Source: Mizuhopecten yessoensis
Taxonomy: Eukaryota
DNA length: 64,000 nucleotides
Reading direction: 5' to 3'
Assembly (NCBI RefSeq): GCF_002113885.1
Contig: NW_018480034.1
Span: 22,098 to 86,097 of the forward strand
Part shown: positions 26,001 to 38,300 of the stretch, piece by piece
Position numbering within the stretch: position 1 is the first letter of the stretch
Layout: each line of letters begins with the position of its first letter
The notes under the pieces: model-generated
Database searches by the model: none
What the model was told of the DNA's origin: nothing
The model's input: only the letters and a program-made list of their open reading frames with translations
Position numbers and translations under genes: made by a program

Positions 26001-29000
26001 AAAATTCTGAATATTCCTAACACAATTTTCCCAATTTCAAAAGTCACTGGGCCCAGTACCCAAAATATTGGAAATAACTCTGTATTACATATTTATATAA
26101 GTGTGATGCTAGATATTTGTATACATGTACATATGTTTGCTTGATCCCTTAGCAACAGGTACTATTACTGGAACGTACTGACTGATGAAGTGTCCTGGCT
26201 GTCACCGTCTCACCCCTTGGCAAATGTCACAGTTTCTGCACAGAGAGTCAAAAGTGAGTGTCCAACACACAGATGTTAAAATAAACAACAATATTACGTT
26301 TTTGGGAAAAGTAAAAATGTGTCTTTAAAACAGGGTCATTTATCTAATTGTCATGTTTGTCATTTTTCTGAAAAAGTAAAAGATTAAATAGACTTTCCAG
26401 TAGTGATATTACTATGCTCTATAAAAATGAGGTTCAAAACAAGTGGTCAGTTTTGTTAAGCATAGGAATGTAAGAAAGAAACAGAGTGAAATTTGGAATC
26501 TTGCAATTTTTTCACTTTTGACACAAAAACAGAGTTAATGTGTCAATATGCTGCCACTAGTTGTTCTAGAATAAGTTTTCAACATACAGAATGGTTTAAA
26601 TTGTAATTAGGAGTTTAAAGGGTCCCCTGCATTGTGTTTTTGTAAGCTGCAATTTTATATTCACAGTGCAGTAATCTGTATTTAGCTTAGATTTATTATT
26701 TGACTTGTTAAGGTAAAAAAAAAATGATGTATGTTTATTTTATTTTTTATTATAATTTTTTGAGGCGTGCATGGGGAGAATTGTTTTAAAGAAATACAAA
26801 AACTACCAAACATATTTTTCGGTCTTTTAGATAAGAATTATGCAAATGTGATTTAGATTTGGTTTTGATACCTACCTATGAAGTAGAGAGGATATATAAA
26901 GTTGCCTTGTTTGTATGCCCATATATTTGTTTGCATCCAGTCTACAAGTTATCTCAACACTGGATGAAATGTGTTTGAGTGAGATAAAATTGTTAGGGTC
27001 GGAGGTAAAAATTAGTGTTGGTGAAACATGCATTTTTGTGGCCTAATTAGTTGAGCTCATGTAGCGTTTTTTATTTTCTTGTTTCAGACATTTCCATGGA
27101 CATTTCTGCACATCTGGATGGTTTTGACAGCGAGGAAGATATGGAAACGAAATCAGAGAGTGATCTGGTATATATGATGGCCTATTCCCGTTCAAATATT
27201 AGAGTTACATGCTACCAAAGCATTGCCTTATTGTAGAGTTATCTGCCTTTGTAAGCTTGATATCAACACATTCTGTTGTGTTGACAACTGTCAGATGTCA
27301 AGTATAATAAATTAAATAGTTAAAACCTATCTATCATTGTTCAGGTGTCTTGGTGTGAAAAACTTTTGTAAATAATGTGAATTTATTAGTAAGGTAGCAA
27401 ACATCCTTAAGTCACTGTAAGGTAGCATCCATCCTTAAGTTGATCTTCAAACAATAGAATAAAAGGTTTTGTATGTAGATGAAGATTTCACAAAATTTAT
27501 TCAGCTTTCACTAAACTGAAAATTTGACGGAAGTATTATGGTATGGGGTTGTCCGTCCGCCCTCTGGCGTAAACTATTGTTTGTCCGGCAAAATCCTCCT
27601 ACATTTTTCGACCAATCTCTTTGAAACTTGGTATACATTATAATCATGATATGAAGTTGTGTCTCCCTTAAAAGAATTATGATTCGACAATTTCTTCAAA
27701 AGTTATTGCCCTTTGTTCATTTCAGTATTTGATATTTGTCCGGAGATTTTCTTCTTCATTTTTTATATCATGTCAGCTAACCACTCTTTGAATGATGCAG
27801 GTCTTATTTCAATGTAAGAAAGTATATAACACTATATGGCATTCGACGGGCATATTTTGTTCAGAAATTAGTTCAGACTTTTATGAGACAGAAATTTAAA
27901 AAAGACTTTATCAGATTTTTTAGCAGGTTTTAGCAGATTTTTTGAGACTGTAGATGTCATGACAAATTGGTATATGGTCCAGTCACTTGGAAGTTAAAGC
28001 ATTTCACTTGTAATTTGTACAATCACAAGACAAGTTTAATGAGTCTAGAGATGTGTTAAACTGCAGGTAATCAGTAAAATTACACTACTGAGGATATGAC
28101 AACATTTTAACAAAGACGTTATCTGAGAACCTGTATAGTAAGTTAGTAACATACCTGTCTCTGAACCTGGAGATCCAATATAACTTTTATAACTTAGGTT
28201 TATTCTGTCCCAACAGAGCCCATCCTCTAGTGATTCTGAGTCTGAGGAGGAGGAGATGGTGGTGGAAGAAAAACGGCCGAGAGGTGGACAAGGTCATGGT
28301 CAAAGGGGTAGGGGACGTGGCAGAGGTGGGCGACGGGAAAAGGATGAACTCGATCCAATGGACCCCGCCTCTTATTCCGAAGTTCCCAGGTATGATTGCA
28401 TATTATATCCAGAAAAAACATAATCTAAGACAGCTTTGTTCCATCATAAATACCTAAGGTCACAGATTTTTTTTTTTTTAAATCAAACTAGATAGTCAGA
28501 ATTAAGTCTTTAGATACACCAAGTATAGAAAATTTGTTTGGAGAAATAGTTTTGATAGTAAATCATGTTTTGAGATATATCCAGTATAAGAGATTATTCT
28601 ATGGATTCCAGTTTAGGAGATTTTGTGAAGATTATTAATTTTTATAAATAATACATAGGTATGTGTACCGTCTGTCCTAGTATGGAATTAATTAACCACA
28701 AATTTTGTCAAAGTTCTAACCTGTAAGCGTATTCTGACATCGCTGTTTGCACTGAGCATGCAGTGCACACGTCAAAGGTTATAACATATTTTGTAAAGAT
28801 TTCATGTTGCCAAGCGTTTCAAAGGTCAATTTTCTTGGTCAAGATATAGTCTATAAAAATTTAAGTAGGGTAGGTCGATAAGATAACTTCATCCCCTAGA
28901 CATAGTGTTAATAGTGTGTAAATTCTAAATTCTAAGACATAGATAGCACCCATTGGTAATGTGATATAGTTCAGGGATGATCTTCTCTACCATGCAGTGG

Positions 29001-29354
29001 AACTGGACTGAGTCAATCGTCGGCAACCAGTTAGCTCAATTGGTAGAACGTCCATCTAGATTTCAGAGGGTCCCAAGTTTGAATCCAGGTCTGGCCGTTG
29101 CATTTCTCTTTCTCCTTTAACAAACTGTTTCTATCATCAAGGCTTTTTAAATGTTCTGTTGCAGGGTAAAAAAAATCAGTAACACAATTATTATTTTTTT
29201 CTCCTCTAGAGGGACATGGTCAACTGGACTAGACAGACGAGGAGAGGCCAAAACAGGGGCAGACATCACAGCATCTGGACCTCTCTTCCAGCAACGTCCC
29301 TACCCCAGTCCAGGGGAAATATTACGCAGGAATCAGGGCATGCCGAAAGAGTAA
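23090..29354 (+). CDS. PQBP1: Polyglutamine-binding protein 1 (WW-domain splicing factor), 6 exons, 301 aa
   Basis: Exons 23090-23162, 24972-25305, 26153-26253, 27088-27167, 28217-28389 and 29210-29354 (phases 1,2,1,0,2). Motifs: [28 protein letters not shown] domain [88 protein letters not shown] at 29955. Confidence 0.96.
23406..23505. mobile_element. 100-bp hairpin MITE (CA...TG ends)
   Basis: CACAGGTGCTGG.ACAC...GTGTCCAGCACCTGTG. Degenerate 8-bp flanks ACTCTAAG/ACACTAAT. Confidence 0.65.
23962..24616. mobile_element. PIF/Harbinger-like MITE (~655 bp) in PQBP1 intron 1
   Basis: TIR AGCTGCGGTCACATCTTAAGGTC versus reverse complement AGCCGTGGTCACATCTTACGGTC. ~40-bp subterminal inverted repeat (24017-24054 / 24554-24593). 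Flanks TAA/CAA. Confidence 0.8.
29026..29096 (+). mobile_element. tRNA-derived SINE head / tRNA pseudogene in PQBP1 intron 5
   Basis: A-box TAGCTCAATTGG, degenerate B-box GTTTGAATCC, partial acceptor stem CCAG/CTGG. The anticodon arm does not pair well. Confidence 0.6.
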
Positions 29355-29437
29355 ACATAACACATTGGAACCAAGGAACCAAGGCGTGACATTTTCTCCA
29401 GATAAAGTTATGCATGTTTGCATTTAATCGAGGTCTG

Positions 29438-29721
29438 GACGCGTATTCATTAAACTGTTCTCACGCTCAAGCCCAGATTCTGTGCTCAAGCCCGATTTCT
29501 TGTGCCAGTGATAAGGTTATTAAAAAAATCATATTTTGTCAATAATATGTCAGAAATTTTGAAAGACTTAGAGCTGATTACTGTTTTCAGTGCTTACATT
29601 AGACTTTTTGGCCATGTTACATGATTTAAGCGGCTTACGAGAAAGTCGGCTTGGGCACAGATGTCCGGCTTGGGCACAGATGTCTGGCTTGAGCACAAGA
29701 ATGGTTTAATGACTACAGGCC
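29438..29721. mobile_element. Harbinger-like MITE inside the PQBP1 3' UTR
   Basis: CTG TSD on both sides. TIR G...GTATTCATTAAAC / GTTTAATGACTACAGGCC. Inverted subterminal GCTCAAGCCC / GGCTTGGGCAC repeats. Lies between the stop (29354) and AATAAA (29955). Confidence 0.7.
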
Positions 29722-30222
29722 CTGCTTGTACCTTGAATCTTTCAGTCTTTTTACGTCAAAGTCTTTTCAACATCTGGAAAGTGTCGGGGACAGTGTCACG
29801 TCACCAAAAAGGAGGACATAAAAACATTGTGTTTCTGGTATAGATGAAATCTATCAAAGTCACCTGTTATGCCTTGTTCTGTATGTTTATACAAGTATAT
29901 GAAGAACATGGTTACCTGTTTCATCAGTATCTTAAATCATTTCATTGCATTGTAAATAAAATCATTTGACTGAAAATGTTTTTTTGTTTATTTTCTTAAT
30001 GAACCATGCTTTAATCACTTTTTATTTTACTTAATGCTTTGCTTACTGCAAAAATCTTTCAAAACCTCTGTTCCTGTTTTCTTTGCAACTCCTTAAACAT
30101 CTCCTTTGATACATTGTCAAACCAGTTTTTATAATGCCAAAAGCTCCTGTGGTCTAATGGTGGCAGTATAACAAGGTTTTACTGGTACATTGTACTTGGT
30201 ATGAATGGTGGGGTGACAATAT

Positions 30223-30644
30223 ATGGCCCGTTTGCCTGTCAGGAAAGCTGAGGGATTGTACCGTATTCGTCAGTCCATCATTCTTTGTCACTCTGGCCCG
30301 TTTGCCTATCAGGAAAGCGGAGGGATTGTACCATATTCGTCAGTCCATCATTCCTTGTCACTCTGGCCCGTTTGCCTATCAGGAAAGCCGAGGGATTGTA
30401 CCGTATTTGTCAGTCCATCATTCTTTGTCACTCTGGCCCGTTTGCCTATCAGGAAAGCCGATGGATTGTACGTATTCGTCAGTCCATCATTCTTTGTCAC
30501 TCTGGCCCGTTTGCCTAACAGGAAAGCCGAGGGATTGTACCGTATTCGTCAGTCCATCATTCTTTGTCACTCTGGCCCGTTTGCCTATCAGGAAAGCCGA
30601 GGGATTGTACCGTATTCGTCAGTCCATCATTCCTTGTCACTCTG
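30223..30644. repeat. Minisatellite, 70-bp unit, ~6 copies
   Basis: CTCTGGCCCG recurs at 30291, 30361, 30431, 30500 and 30570. Confidence 0.95.
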
Positions 30645-31167
30645 TCACCTATTCTTATCAACTTGTAACTGTTAGAAATTTCAATAATTGTAAACAAAAC
30701 TAAATACATTGGTTTAACATGACTGACCGATGTGTCACTTACAGCTCTTTGGTCTGGACCACCGTGTTCAACCTCAAAGGCAGGGTTCAAATGTTAAATC
30801 TTAACATGTCCTATACCTGGATGATATAAAATATATTGCTGTCAGAACTAACTATAACTTTAAGGTCAAGGTCATATCAAGGGGTCAAACATCATGTAAT
30901 ACCTGAACACTTCTTAATTTTTAAATGATTTTTTTATTGATGATTTTCACAACTAAATGATGTGTGGCATACATTTCTTAAATTTCATAATCCAGAGGCC
31001 AACGGTCAAAGGTCAAATAATTGTTATAAACTTGACACATGTCTACCCCAAGGTCAAGGTCATGGGCAAAGGTTAAAATATTGTAATTCTAGACAGGAAA
31101 GTACAATCACAGGGTACAAAAAGGAATACCAAAATGACAACAAAACCGTAATTTGAACTCAAAATGG

Positions 31168-32306
31168 AACAAGTGGCACAGAGGGCCTGTATCGCTCACC
31201 TGGATATCTAAGCAATAATGGCAAAATATTCTCCAAATGAGATCCAGGGGAATATGCCAGACCCCAAGGCCAATCCTTGTTGATATCTGTATTAGATTGT
31301 TCATGCCCAGCAATTTTATGTATGGTTATGGGGTGGGGATCTCAACTGTTTCCAAGCTGTGACTCAGAAACTAGGTCCATAGGGTTGTGGTCAGACCCCA
31401 GGATCAATTCTAATATCATGACTGCATTCCTCCCTTTTTGCCCATCATTTGTATTTATAGTTTTGGTGTGGGGATCTCAACCGTTTCAAAGTTATGACCA
31501 GGAGTTAAGTCTGCAAAGGTTGGGCAGACCCTAGGATAAATTCTAATATCATGACTGCATTGGTCTCTTTATGCCCAGCATTTGTATTTATAGTTTTGGG
31601 GTGGGGATCTCAGCCATTTTCAAGTTATGGCCCAGGGGTTAAGTCTCCAAGGGTGGGACAGACCCCAAGGCCATCCTGGAAGCATATGTGCATTCATCTC
31701 TTTATACTCAGCAATTGTGTATATGGTTATAGGATAGGGATCTCAACTGTTTCCAAGCTGTGACTAAGAAACTAGGTCCCTAAGGGTTAGGTCAGACCCA
31801 AATTCTATTCTAATATCATGACTGCATTCGTCTCTTTATGCCCAGCATTTGTATGTATAGTTTTGGGGTGGGGATCTTAACCCTTTCAAAGTTCTGACCA
31901 AGGGACTATGTCTCCAAGGATGGGGCCAGACCCTAGGGCCATCCTGGAAGCAAATGTGCTTTTTTCTCTTTATACTGGGCAATTGTATAAATGGTTAAAT
32001 TGTGGGGATTTCGACCATTTCAAAGTAATAAACTTTTTTTGGCTCCACTCCTTAGCCGAAGGGGTCAGCCCCACCATTTGTACAATTTGAATCCCTGCCT
32101 CCCATGAATGCTGAATGCTTCCTACTAAATATGATCGATATCCATGGCACAGCTCTACAGAAGAAGTCGTTTATAGGAATATAGCCAAATTGGCCCCACC
32201 CCTCATCCCCACCATTTGTACAATTTTGAATCCCCGCCACCTAGGGGTGCTTCCAGTCAAATATGGTTGATATCCATCTCCATCCTTCGGACAAGGTGAG
32301 CTAAAA
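31168..32306 (-). mobile_element. Apparently complete Helentron-associated (HINE-type) element with internal tandem repeats
   Basis: On the plus strand it starts AACAAGTGGCACAGAGGGCCTGTATCGCTCACCTG (3' hairpin plus subTIR) and ends AGGTGAGCTAAAA (5' subTIR). Internal ~135-bp repeats containing GGGTGGGGATCTCAAC. Confidence 0.8.
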
Positions 32307-32469
32307 ACCAGTGCAAAATATGCACAAAGTAAGTGTTTTGAAAAGCTAAGCGTCCTCTGCTTCATCAATGACACCCGGCATGTAGATCACCGTCAAGTAA
32401 TGTCACGTCCTCGCATCGAGGATTGAAATTTATGTAATGAAAATGTAACGTATTAACCTTCACGTTGCA

Positions 32470-32600
32470 CACAGAAGAAGCATAGTTCCAAATCAACTGC
32501 GGTATATAAACACCGTAATTTTGGGAAACGAGCATGTTACTATCAAGAAAGGGAAAACTCATGATCGAAAAATAAAAATCTATAAGTAAAGACCGAGAAA
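32470..32600 (-). pseudogene. Degenerate retroelement reverse-transcriptase C-terminal fragment (Penelope-like type)
   Basis: DFYFSIMSFPFLDSNMLVSQNYGVYIPQLIW..A.VC resembles the common DFNFxIVNFPFLxSNIPxxPAYGVYISQLIRYARAC motif (recognised from memory). Confidence 0.7.
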
Positions 32601-32759
32601 AACGGCAGGTGTAGAAGTTCAGTGTCCTTGATTTTATTTTCATGATGTTAGGTACGACCTATGTGGACAATACATTTTTATCAAAAGACAGTATATCATG
32701 GATATATCTGAATGTGAAATTGAACGACTTGGCAAGGCTTTGTTGCTCGTTCTGATAAG

Positions 32760-33105
32760 CTCGTTATAACAAAGGGTCAAAGTTCAAACCATTGCACGTA
32801 AAGTCAGTAACCTAAGGTCTACGTTAGAACAAGGGTCCACAGTTCTAACCATTGTACGTAAAGTCAGTAACCTAAGGTCTCCGTTGTAACAAAGGGTCAA
32901 AGCTCAAACCATTATACGTAAAGTCAGTAACACTAGGGTCTACGTTATAACAAGGGGTCAAAGTTCAAACAATTGTACATAAAGTTAAGACCCTAAGGTC
33001 TACGTTATAACAAAGGGTCAAAGTTCAAACCATTGTACATAAAGTCAGTAACCCTAAGGTCTACGTTATAACAAGGGTCAAAGTTCAAACCATTGTACGT
33101 AAAAT
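32760..33105. repeat. Minisatellite, ~60-bp unit, ~6 copies
   Basis: GTTATAACAAAGGGTCAAAGTTCAAACCATTGTACGTAAAGTCAGTAACCTAAGGTCTAC repeated. Confidence 0.9.
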
Positions 33106-33559
33106 CAGCATCTCTTAGATCGTCGTACTGCTCCGAAATATTTAACAGCTAAACATTACCTCTCAACTTCTAAACAAGTAGCACCACTTGGAGCTGACTT
33201 CATATACAGCGGTAGGGAGGAAGAAAACACATTTTTATATGTTGAAAATATAATAATTTATTTAAAATATACAAGAATAAAGACATCATGATAAAAAAGC
33301 ATTTCACTCATTCAACCATACACCACCCATGGTCTTGATTGTGATAAACATGTCCACCACATACTTCGTATGTGTAAATTAAAGTCAAATATCAAATTTA
33401 GATTAAAAAAAAATATCCACTTGTCGCACCAACACGGAAGTGTAAAATAAATACTTATAAATACTCACGCGCCAGCTATTTAATTGTTCGTCTGCAAAAA
33501 CTAATCAATTTCATATGAAATTGATCGATATATATATTATCTATTGATAAATAGCACGT

Positions 33560-33760
33560 ACTGCCGAGGCTGATTCGTTTCGTCCCTTCGCCACGAAAAG
33601 ACGAGCTTTAGTCACTTTCAATTATCGTTGTGTAAAAGACGAAACAACGAGAATTGGGGTTTCTGATTTTCGTCTTTTTGGGACGAAGCAACGAAAGTTA
33701 ATTCTCAACAACGAGAGTTCAGGTTTGTTTCGTCTCTCTGCCCTGAAATCAGCCACCGTA
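33560..33760. mobile_element. Short TA-type MITE
   Basis: Left TAC...GGCTGATT, right AATCAGCCACCGTA. Internal TTTCGTC / GACGAAA motifs in both orientations. Confidence 0.5.
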
Positions 33761-34338
33761 ACAAACCCATACTGAACTCCTCCTTAAACCACTACACCTT
33801 GTCCAGCACTGGGATAATAAGATTATTTCGGCCATTCTAATTTCTCTCATTCAGCATGATAACCAATATAAGGACAATCTGATGTATATAAAATTCCTAT
33901 GTAAAAGTTCATCAGCTAAGAATCCCGAGTGCATGAGTGCAATGGATTTGATATTTAGCCAAAGCTTGAAAAAAAGTTCACGATAAGGTATCAACTTTTA
34001 TAAAGTACGCTACACTTAAAGCACAGGCTCCACACGTTTATAATAATACTAAGTCGCAGGCTTCAGACGTTGGTGATCAGAATGCTGGTGATTAGACTTA
34101 GTCACGGGCTCCAGACGTTGGTGATCAGAATGCTGGTGATTAGACTTAGTCACAGGCTTAAGACGTTAGTGATAAGGCTAAGACACTGGTAAGTATACTA
34201 AGGCACAGGCTCAAGACGTTGCGGTGATGATACAAAGCACATGATGATATAAAAGTTGGTGATTTAGAATAAGGCACAGGATATAGACGCTTGTCATTAC
34301 ACTATACGCCGGTGTTGAGATTCAAATTATAAAGACAC

Positions 34339-34740
34339 CAGCTCATAACGCTGATGAATAGACTAAGGCGCCAGCTCATAACGCTGATGAATAGACTAAG
34401 GCGCCAGCTCATAACGCTGATGAATAGACTAAGGCGCCAGCTCATAACGCTGATGAATAGACTAAGGCGCCAGCTCATAACGCTGATGAATAGACTAAGG
34501 CGCCAGCTCATAACGCTGATGAATAGACTAAGGCGCCAGCTCATAACGCTGATGAATAGACTAAGGCGCCAGCTCATAACGCTGATGAATAGACTAAGGC
34601 GCCAGCTCATAACGCTGATGAATAGACTAAGGCGCCAGCTCATAACGCTGATGAATAGACTAAGGCGCCAGCTCATAACGCTGATGAATAGACTAAGGCG
34701 CCAGCTCATAACGCTGATGAATAGACTAAGGCGCCAGCTC
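34339..34740. repeat. Perfect minisatellite, 33-bp unit CAGCTCATAACGCTGATGAATAGACTAAGGCGC, ~12 copies; degenerate relatives at 34015-34300
   Basis: Exact 33-bp periodicity, which produces 11-aa repeat ORFs on both strands. Confidence 0.95.
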
Positions 34741-35235
34741 AAGATGCACTTAGGATATACGCTCCCTTAATTTGACATAAAGGATCACTTATACACCTTA
34801 TATCATCAAGAATGCAAGCAATCATTTATGAGATAATGGTAATTGAAAAACTAAGGGAGATAAATCTAACAGAACTCTCGGGTAAAAGTGAATCATTCTG
34901 TGTGTCTGTTTTACAATAGAACAAAAGCTATTATGTCCAACCCATTTACTGACATAAGCATCCTTGCCGATGCCATCTACACCTGTACCTCACACCAACA
35001 AAGCATTACATCACTCTTCATCACAGTCGACATTTAAAATATGCTTCCCTGCGTGATCTTAATTTTACGGAGAAAAGTGTTTGTTTTTTATTCTAAACGA
35101 TGCCATCCGATATCACACTCAATCAATTTTAACATTCTTAATGAAAAAAGGCCGATGCAGAGTTCGAAAAAAATATCGACGTTGTAAGATATCATATAAC
35201 ATTTTGCTCCCTATTCACCTGTTGAGTTCACCAGG

Positions 35236-35347
35236 GTCCGCTAAAACTGACCATAATATGCTGGCTTTATATTTTTTGTTCATAAACGGCGACCGACAAG
35301 CCTTTTGAAGCCGGCGGTACATATACTTATGGTCAGTTTTAGCGGAC
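35236..35347. repeat. Inverted repeat/MITE immediately 3' of the Shisa-like stop codon
   Basis: GTCCGCTAAAACTGACCATAA / TTATGGTCAGTTTTAGCGGAC, perfect 21-bp arms. Confidence 0.75.
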
Positions 35348-35352
35348 TAAGT

Positions 35353-38300
35353 TTAGAACACAGAGAAATTATGTTGATACGACGGTAAGTCGACTATAGT
35401 GCTAGTTCTGATGCTGTACGTCGAGCCCATGGGGGTGGGGATGAGAGTGTGATCTGGAACAACGCCCCTACCCAAGGGCCAACCCTCGCACCCGCTGTCG
35501 ATGTCTGTCCAAGGTTGAGAACGGATGTATCTATCCTCGCATTCCGGACACCTGAGCGGCATCAGTGGGTACCGCTGGCCAGCTACATCTGTAAATCAAT
35601 CAATGAAATGTACAATTAATGAGGACTCTCATATTTTACTAAGAGGGTATCCACAATCGTGAACCGTCGGCACTTTCCGTAAACGACATTTTCTCGAAAA
35701 TCTCGTTTACGGATAGTACCGAAGGTTCCCGATTGATGGTATCCAATGAGTAAAGATTTCTTATCCGAATGAGTTATACATTCATGAGATGAAATAGAAA
35801 TCATAATAAATTATTATTTATTTGATACCCTCTTTGTAAAATATCAATATCTACCCAATTCATGAATTAATACCAAATTATTAACATATTTTCATTCTCA
35901 AAAATATATAACATCAACAAGTAAGGGGATTTTGTTTAGTTTAAAATCAAAGAATTCGAATGATTTTTCCCCAATCTGACACAATCTAGTGGCAATTGCA
36001 CGGCAGATGGATTATAACAACACTGTATATTTCTTGACCATTTTGTTTTATTTCGGGATATATCTCGTTTTTCGTGTTAGTTCGTGAAATAAACCCCAGA
36101 TGTTTAAACTGTCGAATTCAAAATTTCACGAATAAATCATTTTGTAATACAATCCCGAAAATCTTCAAAGTATGTATATATTTATAACGTGACCAATTTG
36201 ATCATGTTTTTTGTTTGTTTTTGTTTTTATGTTATCTACTTAGTAATATTTTTTTAATGCATATTATAACGTGTAATATACATCTAAGCCGACCTTTTCA
36301 CTCAAAATTATTTAATTATCTTTGAAAGTCTTTAATAAGTGTTAGCCAATATATATTACGTCACAGAACTTACCACCACAAATTGTGTAAAACAAACAAA
36401 GACCTTTTTATCAAAAGGAAGGAATGAAGAGTAGCACCCTTCTATGAGTAACGGAAAATCTCATACGGAAGTAATCAGAATTGCCGGTGCTGAGATAAAA
36501 TTTGTTTTTCATTGTCCGTGAAATATATACAACGCTAACTATTGATGACATCGGACACCATTTATAGCCAAGCTGGAATGTATACCCCCTTTTTATCTTA
36601 GCTCCTGTATAATAACGTCCACGCTGGTCGGCTATGGGTTTACATAAAGAAGGCCATCTGGTCGAGAAGAAAGTCCGCTCCCTCGTTTACGGTTTCTTGG
36701 TTCACACTAAACCCGACACCCAACTAGATCCAGATTCACTCTTGAACTTATTACGCCAATCAAAACGATGCCAGAACAGCTGGCTCCCATGCAGTTTTAT
36801 TTAGTGGCTTAATCACAACGTGAATGGAAGTCATTCGGTGATGGGTGTCCTTACACGTATTTTATGTGTTTCAGCAATATAATGTTCGAGTGTAGGTCCT
36901 TAGGGTGAAGGACTAGAAATATGAGTTTCAAACGCATTCAGTCATTTCGTATATCATTCCATTCATTTCAGCACATTGGGATATCATATAGTCTTCACAA
37001 CCAATAGGCCGGCGTATCTTCATAATCAAAGAGTTCCGCTGTCGATAAATTGAGATTGGAGCCCTCGGATTTCGAAGATACGCCGGCATATTGGTTTTGA
37101 AAGAGTCAAGAAGATGTTGTTGTTTTTTGTTTTCTAAATTGTCTGCGTATAATTTTCAAAATTAATGAATATTATTCATATCTATATTTCAAATTGAAAT
37201 GGCTTCATCGAAAAAACTATTTGAGAAAACACTAGTTTGAAATGTTAACATTTCAGCAAATCGATGAAAGGAGAATAGATGTTAAAATATTTTAAAATGA
37301 AATTGACTTGGTTTCGGAGCTGAGATACAGTACCGGTCCCGTTTGTTGTGTTTGGAGCTCGGTTTGAAGTTTGATCGACAGGAGATGGGCGTGGTCCTTT
37401 CTTGGAGGCGTCGGGTTTCTTACGTCGACAGCAGCAGACGATGACAACAATAGCAATGACGACACCGCATGACGTCACAGCGGCGATGATGCCGAGCACT
37501 GGGACGATGGCCGTGCAGCATTCCTCGTCCCCCTGGGCTGAGGTACAGCACCCGTAAGGACACGCTTCACATTCTCCGTCGGTCACTAAAATGTGAAAGA
37601 GATATTCTAAACGATATTTGGGTCAACTAAATCACAAATTTGTATCACCCGTTAAATTATTTCTATTTCTATTCAACAGTTTGCGTACTTAAATTCCATA
37701 ATCATGTATTCAAGAAATTATATCATAGACGTCAGTCATACTCTGTTTGGGGTTTAACGTCCTCGTTACAGCCGGGGTCATATGCGGACTGATGCGGAAA
37801 ACAGGAAAAATGGAAAGGAAAGAGGTCATAGCGGTATACCTTTTCTCTTGAATGAACGTTTCCGCTTTAGCTATTGGTTCTGGATATATAACTTTTCAAT
37901 ACGAGCCTGTATTTCACAAAAAAATATGTTGATAAATAGACTGCGTTTTATATATTTAAATATACAAAATATACTGTTATCTCAAAGCTCTCTCATTACG
38001 ACCTAGCCTCTAAAATACACTATTTAAAAGCTGTTTTTATCACAGGGGCCAGACAGTTTGACATACGATGTATCAATGTACAATCTGTAGGTGGCGCCGT
38101 TTGACTTTTCATTCATCATTCTGCCCCGGCAGGGATGGTACATGTCCAATCACAGGGGCACGCAACTACTATTAATATTGGTCTTGTTAGACTTTCAGTC
38201 TGTGGGTACGGTATTGGGATATGACGTACATGTAACCAGCGACTGAAAGTCTAACAAGATCAATATTAACAGTAGTTAATAGTAGTTGCGTGCCCCTGTG

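Noticed and set aside
29026-29096. Functional tRNA gene
   Set aside because: B-box and stems are degenerate. Better explained as a SINE head or pseudogene.
30223-30703. Three overlapping ORFs of 77-150 aa
   Set aside because: Frame-rotating translation of a 70-bp tandem repeat.
34302-34770. 138- and 146-aa antisense ORF pair
   Set aside because: Translation of a perfect 33-bp repeat with no evidence of coding function.
36620-36810. Relatively GC-rich stretch with a ~50-codon open frame inside the Shisa-like intron
   Set aside because: No convincing splice sites or recognisable homology. Probably a repeat fragment.
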